Virus record (IMG/VR): IMGVR_UViG_3300031992_000039
Location: 47,328 to 111,327 of that record
DNA: 64,000 nucleotides
From: a virus
Lineage: Duplodnaviria; Caudoviricetes
Direction: 5' to 3' (one strand)
Positions within the stretch are counted from its first letter, which is position 1. Each line of letters begins with the position of its first letter. The translations under genes and the position numbers were made by a program. Below the pieces are notes generated by a model. The model was not told the origin of the DNA. It did not search any database and saw only the letters and a program-made list of their open reading frames with translations. Shown one piece after another: positions 27,321-38,428 of this stretch.

Positions 27321-27349
27321 TTGATTTTTGTTCTAAATTATGTTATAAT
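27321..27349 (+). promoter_or_regulatory. sigmaA-type promoter
   Basis: TTGATT-N17-TATAAT with TG extension. Confidence 0.7.
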
Positions 27350-27378
27350 ATTTATATAAAGAATGAAAGGAGAGTTAA

Positions 27379-29851
27379 ATGGAAAATAGTTCCTATCCGG
27401 GCAGCCTCCACGGGCATACAGAATATTCAAATATTCGTCTTCGTGATTGCATAATTAAAATCCCGGATGCTTTTAGGTATGCTTCAGAACTGGGGCATAC
27501 CGTTTTGGCGTTCACTGATCATGAAAGTTTGTCCTCTTGGGTTAAGATAGAAAAGGAAGCAAAGAGATACCCAAACATAAAGACAATTCGTGGAAACGAA
27601 ATTTATCTTTGCAGGAATGGTCTTAATGCAAGTAACTATAATCGAGAGATAGATCGATACTATCACTTTATACTTCTCGCACGCGATCTTGAGGGTTCTC
27701 ATCAATTGATGGAACTTTCAACTCGCGCATGGAACAGATCATATATGGCACGCGGCATGCGCCGAGTTCCGACATACTATCAAGATTTATTTGATATAAT
27801 TGGCGCGAATCCCGGTCATGTAATTGGAAGTACGGCTTGTTTAGGTGGTGCGCTCCCTACACAGATTCTTCGTGGAACTGATGAATCTAAGCTTGAAATT
27901 TGGATTCAGCAGATGGACGAGTTATTTGGTCATGGGAACTTCTTTTTTGAACTTCAGCCCAACAAAGATAAAGATCAGATAAAAGTTAACAAGAAACTTT
28001 TAGATTTTAGTCAAAAGTTTAATATACCTTATATAATTACAACAGATAGTCATTATCTTAAAAGGGAAGATAGAATTATTCATAAGGCTTATCTTAATGC
28101 GCAGAATGGTGATCGAGAAGTTGATGACTTTTATGCGACCACTTATATGATGGGAACAGAAGAACTTGAATCTTTCTTTCCATACCTTTCGCGCGAAGAA
28201 CTAGATCGAGCATATAGCAATATAAAATCTATTGCAGATATGTGCGAAGATTATAGTATTATGAAGCCATTAAAGATTCCGGAATTGAAATGGCGTTCAA
28301 CTAAAGAAGTATTGCGTGATTATGATAAAGCATTTGAAAAGATGCCAACCTTAAAAAAGTTTGCACGATCTGAATATAAATCTGATAAATATTTGGTTGA
28401 TGCAATTCTCGATGGTGTTGATAAGCACAAAGACCTTCAAAACGATAAAGCATTTGCGGAACTTGAAGATAATCTTCAGCGTACTTGGGAATCATCAGAA
28501 GTTAATAAAGCAAGGTGGTCAGCTTACTTCTTAAATCTTCAGCGCAATATAGACGAATGTTGGAACGCAGGCACAATTGTAGGTCCTTCACGTGGTTCGG
28601 GTGGCGGCTTCCTGCTTCTATATTGTTTGGATATAATCCAGATGAATACATTGCGCGAAACCACAAAGACTTTCCCATGGAGGTTCTTGAATCCAAAGCG
28701 TGAGTCCGTATTGGATATTGATACGGATATAGAAGGTGGAAAGCGCGCGCAAGTATTGCGTCATTTGCGCGATGTATATGGAGAAGATAGGGTTGCGAAT
28801 GTAGCAACATTCCGCACAGAAAAGTCTAAATCTGCAATTTTGACTGCCGCACGAGGTCTTGGAATTGATGTAGATATAGCACAATATGTAGCCTCACTTA
28901 TTCCAGCCGATCGAGGCCAGCTTCGTAGCCTTGATCAATGTATGTATGGAGATGAGGAAAAGGAATGGGCGCCAATTAAGCAGTTTGTAATTGAAATGAC
29001 ACAAAATTATCCCGAACTTTGGAATGTAGCGCATAATATTGAGGGATTGATTTGCGGAAGTGGATTACATGCTGGAGGAGTTATATTTGTAGATGAGCCC
29101 TTTACGAACTCAACTGGTCTAATGCGCGCACCCGATGGAACAATATGTACGCAATTTGAGCTTCATGATTGTGAAGATGTAAGTCTTATTAAAATAGATT
29201 TGTTGTCTGTTGAAGCTATGGATAAAATTCATAATTGTATTGATCTTTTATGCGATTATGGGTACGCAGAAAGAAAGTCCACGTTGCGTGAGACTTATGA
29301 ATCAATTGTAGGAATTTATAATCTTGAGCGCGATGACCCTAAGATGTGGGATATGGTTTTAAACCATAAAATTGGTTCCCTATTTCAGATGGAAAAGCAG
29401 TCTGGTATTCAGGGAATTGCACTTGCCAAGCCAACTTCCGTCGACGAACTCGCAGTTCTTAATTCTGTAATTAGATTGATGGCACCAGAAAAAGGCGCAG
29501 AGCAACCACTTGATATGTGGGCGCGTTATCGTCATAATATAAATGATTGGATTAAAGAAATGGAAGACTATGGTCTTTCATCAGAACAGATAGAATGGTT
29601 AAAGAATAATAGCGCAATTACAGATGGAGTATGTGAGTCTCAAGAGGGACTTATGTCATTACTACAGGATGAGCGGCTTGGTGGAAACGATCTATCTTTT
29701 GCAGATAAGTGCCGAAAAGCTATCGCAAAGAAGCAGGGTAAGCTTTTTGAAGAATGTGAAACAAAGTATTTTGAAAACGCAAAAGAAAAAGATTGCGATA
29801 TGCGTTTAGTACATTATGTATGGGATGTATTACTTCGCGTCCAAAGAGGGT
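27379..29851 (+). CDS. dnaE: DNA polymerase III alpha, exon 1
   Basis: PHP domain (LHGHTEYS, TDHE, DSHY), GPSRGS, LDIDTD, HAGGV, KIDLL; ends QRG-T. Confidence 0.93.
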
Positions 29852-30921
29852 AAACGAAAACTTGCCCTATCAAATATCCTTTCTGATTATCATCAGGGTC
29901 TCAAATTTTTAGAGGCTAACGGAAAAATCTTCACTTATAAATAGATAAGAAAGACGATTCCGTGGGAATCTTAAGGGAGATTAAATTATGAATTATATTT
30001 ATTGTTACACCAATAAACTTAATGGGAAAAAGTATGTTGGTCAAACCAATAATATTGAGCGCAGAAAAAGAGAACATCACTCAGCAGCGTTCAATAAAAA
30101 CAGTAAAGATTATGAGTATTTATTTCATCAAAAATTAAGACAGTATGGAGAAGAAAATTTCATCTTCTCAATATTGGAAGAAGCGACCGAAGAACAGGTA
30201 GATAGCGCAGAGCAATTTTGGATTAAAGAATTACATTCTTATGTTCAAGAAAATGGATATAACCTGACCTTAGGCGGTTGTCAACCCCCTCAAACTGGAA
30301 TTTATAATCAAAACATAGATGAAATAAAAACACTTATTAAGAGTGGAGCGTCATATACTGAAATTTCAAAAAAATATGGAATTAGTATTTCACATATTAG
30401 CGCCATCAATCAAGGTACTTATTACTATAATAATAAAGATTCTTATCCATTATATAAATATTACAAAGATGAAGATGAAATTACTTTGATTAAAGACCAA
30501 TTAAAAAATACTTCAATTCCTATGACTGAATTGGCGAAGCAAACTGGAATGGCGTACTCAACGATAAAAAAGATCAATAGTGGTGCACTCCATCATAGTG
30601 AACAAGAAATTTATCCGTTAAGAAATAAAAATAGTGCAATTCAGCGTGCAGAAAAAATACAACAAATGTTGTTAGATGGAAGCAGCAATCAAGAAATAAT
30701 TGCACAGACTGGTGTATCTGAAATAACCATTCGTCGTATTAACAAAGGCGAAACGCACTATAATTCAAATTTAATTTATCCATTAAGAAGCCTGTAACGA
30801 CTATCTTGGGTCAAGCCAAGAGTAGAGTGTCTATTGATACGACATTCGAAACGGATATTGGCATATCGAAAGATATGAGTTAAAATATAGTCTAAGCCAT
30901 TAGAAATAATGGAATAACTTG
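29852..30921 (+). mobile_element. group I intron (1070 nt) in dnaE
   Basis: Exon-terminal U29851 pairs with G29864 in P1 (AGGGT/GCCCT); P3 AATATCC/GGATATT; P7 GACTA 30799/TAGTC 30888; terminal G30921; splicing restores GYSFCRAHTLAYS. Confidence 0.92.
29988..30797 (+). CDS. intron-encoded GIY-YIG homing endonuclease
   Basis: YIYCYTN...YVGQT...R...E...GYN; three HTH-like repeats each ending YPL. Confidence 0.9.
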   Translation: MNYIYCYTNKLNGKKYVGQTNNIERRKREHHSAAFNKNSKDYEYLFHQKLRQYGEENFIFSILEEATEEQVDSAEQFWIKELHSYVQENGYNLTLGGCQPPQTGIYNQNIDEIKTLIKSGASYTEISKKYGISISHISAINQGTYYYNNKDSYPLYKYYKDEDEITLIKDQLKNTSIPMTELAKQTGMAYSTIKKINSGALHHSEQEIYPLRNKNSAIQRAEKIQQMLLDGSSNQEIIAQTGVSEITIRRINKGETHYNSNLIYPLRSL

Positions 30922-32423
30922 ATAGTTTTTGTAGAGCGCATACTCTTGCTTATAGTCTCATCGCCCTTCAAGAGATGAATCTTGCCTATAAGTATCCTAT
31001 AATGTTTTGGAATTGTGCTTGTCTAATTAGTGATGCAGGCGGTAACGAAGTAAATGAAATAGATGAAGAAGCAGAAGAAGAATTTAAAGCTGAAGAAGTA
31101 TATTCAAATGAAATGGAAGAGTTTAATGAAGAAGAAGACGAGGCAGAAGATTCATATGAAGAGGACGAGGATTGTGACGGGTATCCCGCAGAGGTCATAA
31201 AAACTAAAGACGGGAAGAAAAAGAAAAAGACGAAGGTTACAAACTATGGAAAAATCGCAACCGCTATTGGAAAAATAACTTCTGAAGGAGTCTCAATTTC
31301 TCCGCCAGACATTAACCATTCAACCTATACTTTCTCTCCAGATATAGAAAGTAATTCAATTCGATATGGTCTTTCAGGCATAACCCGAATTGGAGAAGAT
31401 TTAGTTAAAACGATTATTTTAAATCGCCCATATAATGGGATTGAGGATTTTCTTTCAAAGGTAAAAGTAAACAAACCTCAAATGATTAATCTTATAAAGT
31501 CCGGAGCTTTCGATGCTTTTGGTAATCGAATTGATATAATGCATCAATATGTAAATATGATAAGCGATACTAAAAAGCGTATCACTCTTCAAAACATGAA
31601 GATGTTGATTGATTTTGGGCTTATACCAGATGAATATGATATGGAGCGCAAGGTATATAATTTTAATAAATATTTGAAGAAGTCTAAGTATGATAAGTGG
31701 TATTTACTTGATGAAAATTCTTTCCCGTTCTGGGAAAAGAACTTTGATATAGATTTACTTGAGCCTCATGAAGAAACCTTTAAGGTCAAGCAAGTAGTTT
31801 GGGATAAAATTTATCAAAAGTACATGGATGCAATTCGTCCATTCGTACAAAAAAATAATAAAGAGCTCTTAGATGCAGTAAATAATCGACTTACACATGA
31901 TGTGTGGTATAAATATTGTCTTGGAACTATAAGTAAATGGGAAATGGACTCAATATCTTGCTACATCCATCCTCATGAACTTATGGGCATAGACTATGAA
32001 AAATATGGACTTGATAGATTTGCTGACTTGGCGCCGGAGCCTACGATTGATAGGTTTATTCCGATAAAAGGGAAAATGATACCGATTTATAAGCTTTCGC
32101 GCATTGTAGGCACAGTGTTAGATCGAGATAAAGCAAAAAAGACAGTTTCGCTTTTAACTGAGGATGGAGTTGTAACAGTAAAAATTTACGGAGTATTTCA
32201 GGCTTATGATCGCCAGCTTTCAGAACAAGGTGCGGATGGTAAAAAGCATGTTATAGAAAAGAGTATGTTTGAACGCGGTAATAAAATTATAGTTACTGGT
32301 ATTCGAGAAGAAGAAAGTTTTAGAGCAAAAACTTATAAAAATACTCCATATCATCATGTAGAAAAAATTAATATAGATGAAAATAATAATATTAGTTTTT
32401 ATTCAAGGGAAAATTTAAAATAA
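30922..32423 (+). CDS. dnaE: DNA polymerase III alpha, exon 2 (spliced product 1324 aa)
   Basis: In frame after splicing; YPIMFW, PDINHS, IRYGLSGI, LIKSGAFD, OB fold. Confidence 0.9.
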
Positions 32424-32492
32424 TATACTTTTAAGCAAAAAAGTATAAAATTAATTCTGATTTCCTACTTATAAATATAAGGAGGATGACCA

Positions 32493-33317
32493 ATGGATAA
32501 ATGCGGTATTTATAAAATTACAAACTTAGTTAACGGTAAGATGTATGTGGGTCAAAGTCGTTTTATAGAAAAACGATGGAGTAAGCATCGCTCAGAAGCA
32601 AATAATGGGAATAAACTACCATTATATAGCGCTATTCGCAAGTACGGAATTGAAAATTTTAAATTTGAAATTATTGAAGAATGTAGTGTTAACGATCTAA
32701 ATGAACGAGAAGCATATTATATGTATAATTTAAACACTTTCCAACCGAATGGTTATAATATAAGGATACCAGCAGAAGAAGGATATTATGTACATGTTCC
32801 AGACTATGTTTATGAGATTTATGACGATTTAAAAAATGCTAATCTTACATATGAAGAAATAGGTTTAAAATATGGTCTTAGCGCAAGCCATATTTTTAGC
32901 ATAAATTATGGACGCTCATGGCGAATAATGGATATTCAATATCCAATTAATAAAAAATATGGCGGGTGGGATACGACTCAAGTCATTCCATTGTTAAAAA
33001 AAGGATTGAAGACAAAAGAAATAGCAAAAGAACTAAATACTACTAAAAGCACAATAGAATCTTACATGTATATGAATAATATTCACACTTCTGATTTTAG
33101 AAAACGATTAACTTCTAATAAAAAAATAGAACGAGTTAAAAACGATGAAAGAATAGAATATGATTCAGTTAAAGAAGCAGGTATTGTTCTCAGTAAAGAA
33201 TTGGGTCTAACAGAGAACACAGCAATATGTGGAATACATAGGGCATTGAAGGGAAGTGGAGTCTATAAACAATATCATTGGTATTATATAGATAATAGAA
33301 ATGATATGGAGGAATAA
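32493..33317 (+). mobile_element. free-standing GIY-YIG homing endonuclease
   Basis: CGIYKITN...YVGQS...R...E...GYN; HTH-like C-terminal modules. Confidence 0.88.
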
Positions 33318-33319
33318 GA

Positions 33320-34465
33320 GTGGCCACAGTTGCGATCTATGATTACGATTATTTTAATTATGAAAATGTAATTCCAAATCTTGAGTGCGCCAAGCTTGTT
33401 GCTTACTATCGAAAAAGAAATGATATAACGCTGCTGGCTCCTGCTTTGGAGCCGGCGCGCTATACAAAATTTATAATTCGTAAAGAGTATAATGATGGTA
33501 TATTTCCAAGAGAGTTCTTCTACCCAAATTGTGAATACGGCGGCAGGGCCTTTAATCCAACGCAATATAAACCTTTAGACCCTAAAATTGAAGCAACTAT
33601 ACCAGATATGCATATCTATGACAGATATATATCTAATTTTGGGAAGAAGCCTGCAGAACTTACTCAGATAAAACGAATCTTAAATTGCGCGCACCTTCGT
33701 CTAGCGCCAGATTCACAAAATCTTTTATCACTAGAAAAACTAAAGCGCAATTTTTTAACTAAACCAACCGGTATAATTCTTCATGATTATAACCTCGCGC
33801 CATTAAAACCCTATGACCTAATAAAGGAGCTTCAAGATCAACGCATATTTGCAACTAAGGAGGGTATAAATCCTTACCCTGTAGGAAATAAATATCCAAT
33901 AAAAATTTATTCTTCTGAAGAACTTCAAAATTGGTTAAAAATAGTTACAATACCTGGCGCATTCTTTTTAGAGTATTGTGGACTTATGAGTGATGAAATA
34001 CTATATAATCTTTGTGAAGAAAATAAGCGCATGGCGCGCCAAGTATATTATAATATTACCCATGACTGTACATCAGAGAATGATTTTTTCATAAATCGTC
34101 TACCAAAAATTTTTATCCAGACTTTATTTCTACGGAAGGCAGGAATAAAAATTTTACTTAAATATGACGAAGAAATTTTGAAAACTAAAGAATTAAAATT
34201 ACTCATAGATTTGTTAAATTGTTGGTTAAGCTTTCAATGGCAGGAAAATTTCCTTCCACGGCGCCAGAACCTCTATAATTTTTGTAAGAATAAAGAAAAA
34301 CTTCAATATAGGAGTTGGGCCTTCTTGACAGTGAGGATTACCGTGGAACAAATGAGAGATATCTTTCAATTTATACGCGAAAATAATTATGACTTGTTTA
34401 AAAAATTCTATGAGTGGGATTCAGTAATATATAAAGAAGGAGAATTTATAAATGAGTGGGAATGA
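33320..34465 (+). CDS. hypothetical protein resembling a degenerate phage radical-SAM-like family
   Basis: VAIYDYD...PNLECAKLVAYY, GG, PDMHIY; no CxxxCxxC. Confidence 0.5.
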   Translation: MATVAIYDYDYFNYENVIPNLECAKLVAYYRKRNDITLLAPALEPARYTKFIIRKEYNDGIFPREFFYPNCEYGGRAFNPTQYKPLDPKIEATIPDMHIYDRYISNFGKKPAELTQIKRILNCAHLRLAPDSQNLLSLEKLKRNFLTKPTGIILHDYNLAPLKPYDLIKELQDQRIFATKEGINPYPVGNKYPIKIYSSEELQNWLKIVTIPGAFFLEYCGLMSDEILYNLCEENKRMARQVYYNITHDCTSENDFFINRLPKIFIQTLFLRKAGIKILLKYDEEILKTKELKLLIDLLNCWLSFQWQENFLPRRQNLYNFCKNKEKLQYRSWAFLTVRITVEQMRDIFQFIRENNYDLFKKFYEWDSVIYKEGEFINEWE

Positions 34466-34649
34466 AATTAGAGAAAAAATTATAGAAAACAATAAGATAA
34501 TTGAAGAAGCAAATCCAACCATTTTTACTTTAAACCAAAAGGTACAGAAAGCTTTAAATGATAATCGTCATCTTCGTTCTATTTGCCCTCACGAATATGA
34601 CGAAACTGGTTATTGTATTTATTGTGATGCCGCCGCGGAGTTAAAGTGA
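34452..34649 (+). CDS. small Zn-binding protein
   Basis: CPH...CIYC. Confidence 0.6.
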   Translation: MSGNEIREKIIENNKIIEEANPTIFTLNQKVQKALNDNRHLRSICPHEYDETGYCIYCDAAAELK

Positions 34650-34861
34650 TGGAAATTATATTATATACAACCCATTGTCCACGCTGTACAGTTTTAGAAA
34701 AGAAACTTCAGCAAAAAGGAATTAAATATACTGAAAATAATAATATCGAGGATATGATTTGTCGAGATATTAAAGAAGTTCCTGTATTACAGGTTGATGG
34801 TAAACTTTATGACTTCGCAGAAGCGATCAAATGGATTAACGAGCGGGAGGAAATAAGTTAA
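34646..34861 (+). CDS. nrdH: glutaredoxin-like NrdH redoxin
   Basis: YTTHCPRC, VPVLQVDG. Confidence 0.8.
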   Translation: MMEIILYTTHCPRCTVLEKKLQQKGIKYTENNNIEDMICRDIKEVPVLQVDGKLYDFAEAIKWINEREEIS

Positions 34862-34862
34862 G

Positions 34863-36782
34863 TTGAATATAAATATAAGATTAAATAAAAATTTTACAAC
34901 CCAATTTAATAAAATGCTCGGTGAGTATGGTGAAGAGTTTGCACGATTAAACGGGTTTGCGGATGAACAGCTTAGTTTTACTGACTTTATAAATAATTTT
35001 ATAGATTCAGAAACTGTAGCCGATGTCTCGGTAGATGGAAACGCCAACGTTGGGAACAAGGATATGCGTACTCTTATGAACGAGATGCCTAAATCACATA
35101 GAAAACTTTTGGCCTATAATAAAATTTATTATGAGCTTAATAAAAAATATGGGTTCAAAGTCGCAAACGAATGGCTTGAGTTAGAGTGGAACCGTGCCCT
35201 ATATCTCCATGATGCAGATACAGCAACATTTAAACCTTATTGCTATGCATATACCCTCAAGCGCCTGGCTGAAGAAGGGCTTTTTTTCCTTAAAAGTTTT
35301 AATTACGAACCAGCCAAGCATTTAACCACTTTTATTGATTTTGTAAAAGAATTTGTAAGTTATAACTCAAATTTGACTTCTGGTGCGTGCGGTTTGCCCG
35401 ATCTAGTTCCTTATATGTATTATTTTTGGGATAGAGATATAAAAAATAATTATTATACCGGTTCTCCAGAAATATACGCTAAGCAAAATGTTCAAAGGTT
35501 TATTTATGCCGTTAACCAGCCAGCGGTAAGAGATTCAATTCAATCGGCCTTCACAAATGTAAATTTTTTTGATCGCCCTTATCTTGAGGCCTTATTTGGT
35601 GGTGCAGAATTCCCAGATGGCGCCTTTATGATTGATGAGATTGAAGGGATTATGGAATTTCAAAAGCTTTTTCTTGAAGTAATGAGCGACATTCGTTCTA
35701 AAAATATGTTTACCTTTCCAGTAAGCTCTATTTCAATGATATATAAAAACCATAAATTCGAAGATGAAGAATTTGCACGATGGGCCATTAAGCACAACAT
35801 GAAGTGGTCGGATTCTAATTTATTTACAAGCGATAGTGTCACCTCTCTTTCAAATTGTTGTAGATTAAAATCTAATATCGAAGATTTAGGATTTTTTAGT
35901 AGCATTGGTGGCACAGCATTACGAGTAGGCTCAGTCAAAGTATCCACAATTAATCTCGCGCGAATTGCTTATGAATCTAAATCAGAGCAGGACTATCTAG
36001 TTAAATTGCGACATGTGGTTGATTTAGATCTCAAGGTATTGGATGTAATTCGTCATATAATTCAACGGAATCATGAAAAAGGTTTACTTCCTAATTACTG
36101 TGATGGTTTAATTGATATCAATACACAATATAATACAATTGGAATTATTGGTGTGTATGAAACAATGAAATACTTTGGATATACTGAAACAGATGAATTT
36201 AATAACACTTATTATACAGAAAAGGCCAACAAATTTGGCAAAAAAATTTTTGATGTAATTACACGAGAGAAAGAACAATTTATTTTAGATAAAAATTACA
36301 AAGTGTCAATAGAACAGATTCCGGGGGAGCAGGCAGCAGCGAAAATGCAAAAAGCGGATATGATGCTATACCCAGAAGAAGCCGTTATAGATTTGCCTCT
36401 TTATGGAAATCAATTTATCCCCCTTGGAATTAAAACTACAATTCAAGAGCGTATTAGAATAGCCAGTTTATTTGACTCATATTGCAATGGGGGTTCTATT
36501 GCACACATAAATATTGAAGCTCCTTTTACCAATTTTGAACAAGCTTGGAATATGGTGAACTACATAGCAGATCAAGGGCTTACATACTTTGCTTTTAACA
36601 CAAAAATACAAGCTTGCAAACATAATCACGCCTTTTTTGGGACAAAATGCCCAGTCTGTGGCGAAGGTGTAGAAACAGAATATTCAAGGATCGTAGGGTT
36701 CTATACCCCAATAAAAACTTGGTCGTCCGCGAGGAAAGAAGAATATAAATTAAGGGAGTGGATAGATGTTGAAAAGTCCTAA
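34863..36782 (+). CDS. nrdD: anaerobic (class III) ribonucleotide reductase
   Basis: YLHD, YC, NCCRL, C...H...CPVC, SRIVGF glycyl-radical loop; no ATP cone apparent. Confidence 0.92.
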   Translation: MNINIRLNKNFTTQFNKMLGEYGEEFARLNGFADEQLSFTDFINNFIDSETVADVSVDGNANVGNKDMRTLMNEMPKSHRKLLAYNKIYYELNKKYGFKVANEWLELEWNRALYLHDADTATFKPYCYAYTLKRLAEEGLFFLKSFNYEPAKHLTTFIDFVKEFVSYNSNLTSGACGLPDLVPYMYYFWDRDIKNNYYTGSPEIYAKQNVQRFIYAVNQPAVRDSIQSAFTNVNFFDRPYLEALFGGAEFPDGAFMIDEIEGIMEFQKLFLEVMSDIRSKNMFTFPVSSISMIYKNHKFEDEEFARWAIKHNMKWSDSNLFTSDSVTSLSNCCRLKSNIEDLGFFSSIGGTALRVGSVKVSTINLARIAYESKSEQDYLVKLRHVVDLDLKVLDVIRHIIQRNHEKGLLPNYCDGLIDINTQYNTIGIIGVYETMKYFGYTETDEFNNTYYTEKANKFGKKIFDVITREKEQFILDKNYKVSIEQIPGEQAAAKMQKADMMLYPEEAVIDLPLYGNQFIPLGIKTTIQERIRIASLFDSYCNGGSIAHINIEAPFTNFEQAWNMVNYIADQGLTYFAFNTKIQACKHNHAFFGTKCPVCGEGVETEYSRIVGFYTPIKTWSSARKEEYKLREWIDVEKS

Positions 36783-36984
36783 AATTACGGTTCCTCTTGG
36801 AATTTTAAGAAAACTTACACATAAACTTGATGAATACCATGATGATTTTGAGGTTAGTTTTGAGATGGTAATGGTCGCTTTATTCCCTAATGTTTGGAAA
36901 AATATTCAGAAATATGGAAGCGATTGTCATATAAGAGGGTATTTAGAAGCAAAGGAAGAATATGAAAATAAAAGGTATAATTGA
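36766..36984 (+). CDS. hypothetical protein
   Basis: 72 aa overlapping both neighbours. Confidence 0.5.
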   Translation: MLKSPKITVPLGILRKLTHKLDEYHDDFEVSFEMVMVALFPNVWKNIQKYGSDCHIRGYLEAKEEYENKRYN

Positions 36985-37483
36985 TGAATGTTTTGAGGAT
37001 TATAAGCTTCCTGCATTGTATATTGCCTTCCCAAATTGTAGCTTTAAATGCGACAAAGAAAACGGAGCTTTCTTTTGTCAGAATAACCACTTGACAAGAG
37101 AACCAGACATTGAAGTTAAAAAAGAGGATTTATTAGAGCGATATATTAAAAATAGGATCACCAAGGCTATTGTATTAGGCGGTCTTGAACCTTTTGATAG
37201 TGAATTCGACTTACTTCCCTTTATTGATTGCGCGAGGCGCCAATTTTATATAAAAGATCCTATTATTATATACACTGGATATACAGAAGAAGAACTAGAA
37301 ACTGGAAAGTTCGGAAAAGTACAAGATACAAATATTCAAAAATCTTATTGGAACAACATAAAGAATAGTGGGAATATTATAGTTAAATTTGGACGGTTTA
37401 GGCCATATCAAGAGCCTCATTTTGATGAAATTTTAGGAGTTAATTTGGCGAGTAATAACCAATATGCAAAGGAGTACTTATGA
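36962..37483 (+). CDS. nrdG: class III RNR activase (radical SAM)
   Basis: CSFKC...FCQN, GGLEP, YTGY, KFGRF, ASNNQ. Confidence 0.85.
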   Translation: MKIKGIIDECFEDYKLPALYIAFPNCSFKCDKENGAFFCQNNHLTREPDIEVKKEDLLERYIKNRITKAIVLGGLEPFDSEFDLLPFIDCARRQFYIKDPIIIYTGYTEEELETGKFGKVQDTNIQKSYWNNIKNSGNIIVKFGRFRPYQEPHFDEILGVNLASNNQYAKEYL

Positions 37484-37950
37484 AAATAGTTAAAAACAAA
37501 GATGAAGAAGTCGTTAAATATATACGGGAAAAGCTTGAAGAAAATGAAGGATATTGTCCTTGCGCGTTACTTAAAAAGCCAGAAAATAAATGTATGTGTC
37601 AAGATTTCAAAGATAAAATTGAAGCAGGTTATATAGGAGAGTGTAATTGCGGCTTATATAAATCTGAACCAAGTGTTATTTATCTTTGTGGTGATAGAAG
37701 ATATAAAAAAGACTTCCTCTACTGGCATGAAAAATTTTCTAAAGATGGGATAATCACTATAATGCTTCCATTTAATAGTGATGAAATGCTAACAAAAACT
37801 TTAAAAAACCTTCATTATCAAATGATGACCGTTGCAGATTGCATCTTTATAATTGATAAATTCGGAAGTGTTACAGAAGAGCTAGATAAAGATCTTGAAA
37901 AATTTAAAGGTATTAAACGAATTCTTTATGCCTCTGAAGCCGAAGATTAA
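37480..37950 (+). CDS. ferredoxin-thioredoxin reductase catalytic-subunit-like domain fused to a small Rossmann-like domain
   Basis: GYCPC...CMC...CNCGLY; C-terminal IYLCG...ADCIFIID. Confidence 0.75.
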   Translation: MKIVKNKDEEVVKYIREKLEENEGYCPCALLKKPENKCMCQDFKDKIEAGYIGECNCGLYKSEPSVIYLCGDRRYKKDFLYWHEKFSKDGIITIMLPFNSDEMLTKTLKNLHYQMMTVADCIFIIDKFGSVTEELDKDLEKFKGIKRILYASEAED

Positions 37951-37954
37951 AAAT

Positions 37955-37983
37955 TTGAGTTTTCTTCTATTTTTTGATATAAT
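37955..37983 (+). promoter_or_regulatory. sigmaA-type promoter
   Basis: TTGAGT-N17-TATAAT with TG extension. Confidence 0.7.
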
Positions 37984-38005
37984 ATAGTAAGAAAGGTAGA
38001 AGAAA

Positions 38006-38428
38006 ATGACTAATCGGCAAAAAAGATTTTTTAATATTGCGCGTGAGGTAAGCTTACTAAGCGATTTTAAAAAGGCAAAGATAGGTGCTGTGGTTGTAGA
38101 GGGGAATAGAGTTATATCAACTGGCCATAACTCAAACAAAACCTCTACAACCCAATACAGGTATAATGTCTATCGAGGTATTACAGATGATTGCGCGTGC
38201 ATCCATAAGGTCCATGCGGAAATCGCCGCCTTAGCGCCGTTACTTAATCGAAAAGATATAGATTGGGCGCATACATCAATTTACATTTATCGAGAGCATA
38301 AAGATGGTACTATAAGTTGTGCAAAGCCCTGTAAGGCTTGTATGCAATTAATAAAAGACCTTGGCATAAAAAAAATTTTTTATTCTGATTGGGGCGGAAA
38401 TTTTATAAAAGAGGAGTACTTAAAATGA
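38006..38428 (+). CDS. Zn-dependent cytidine/dCMP deaminase-family protein
   Basis: IGAVVV...GHN, HAE, PCKAC. Confidence 0.85.
   Translation: MTNRQKRFFNIAREVSLLSDFKKAKIGAVVVEGNRVISTGHNSNKTSTTQYRYNVYRGITDDCACIHKVHAEIAALAPLLNRKDIDWAHTSIYIYREHKDGTISCAKPCKACMQLIKDLGIKKIFYSDWGGNFIKEEYLK

Noticed and set aside
29851-30975. dnaE as a pseudogene, two-gene split polymerase or intein
   Set aside because: Group I intron boundaries restore the frame and the conserved GYSF..AH..AY motif exactly.
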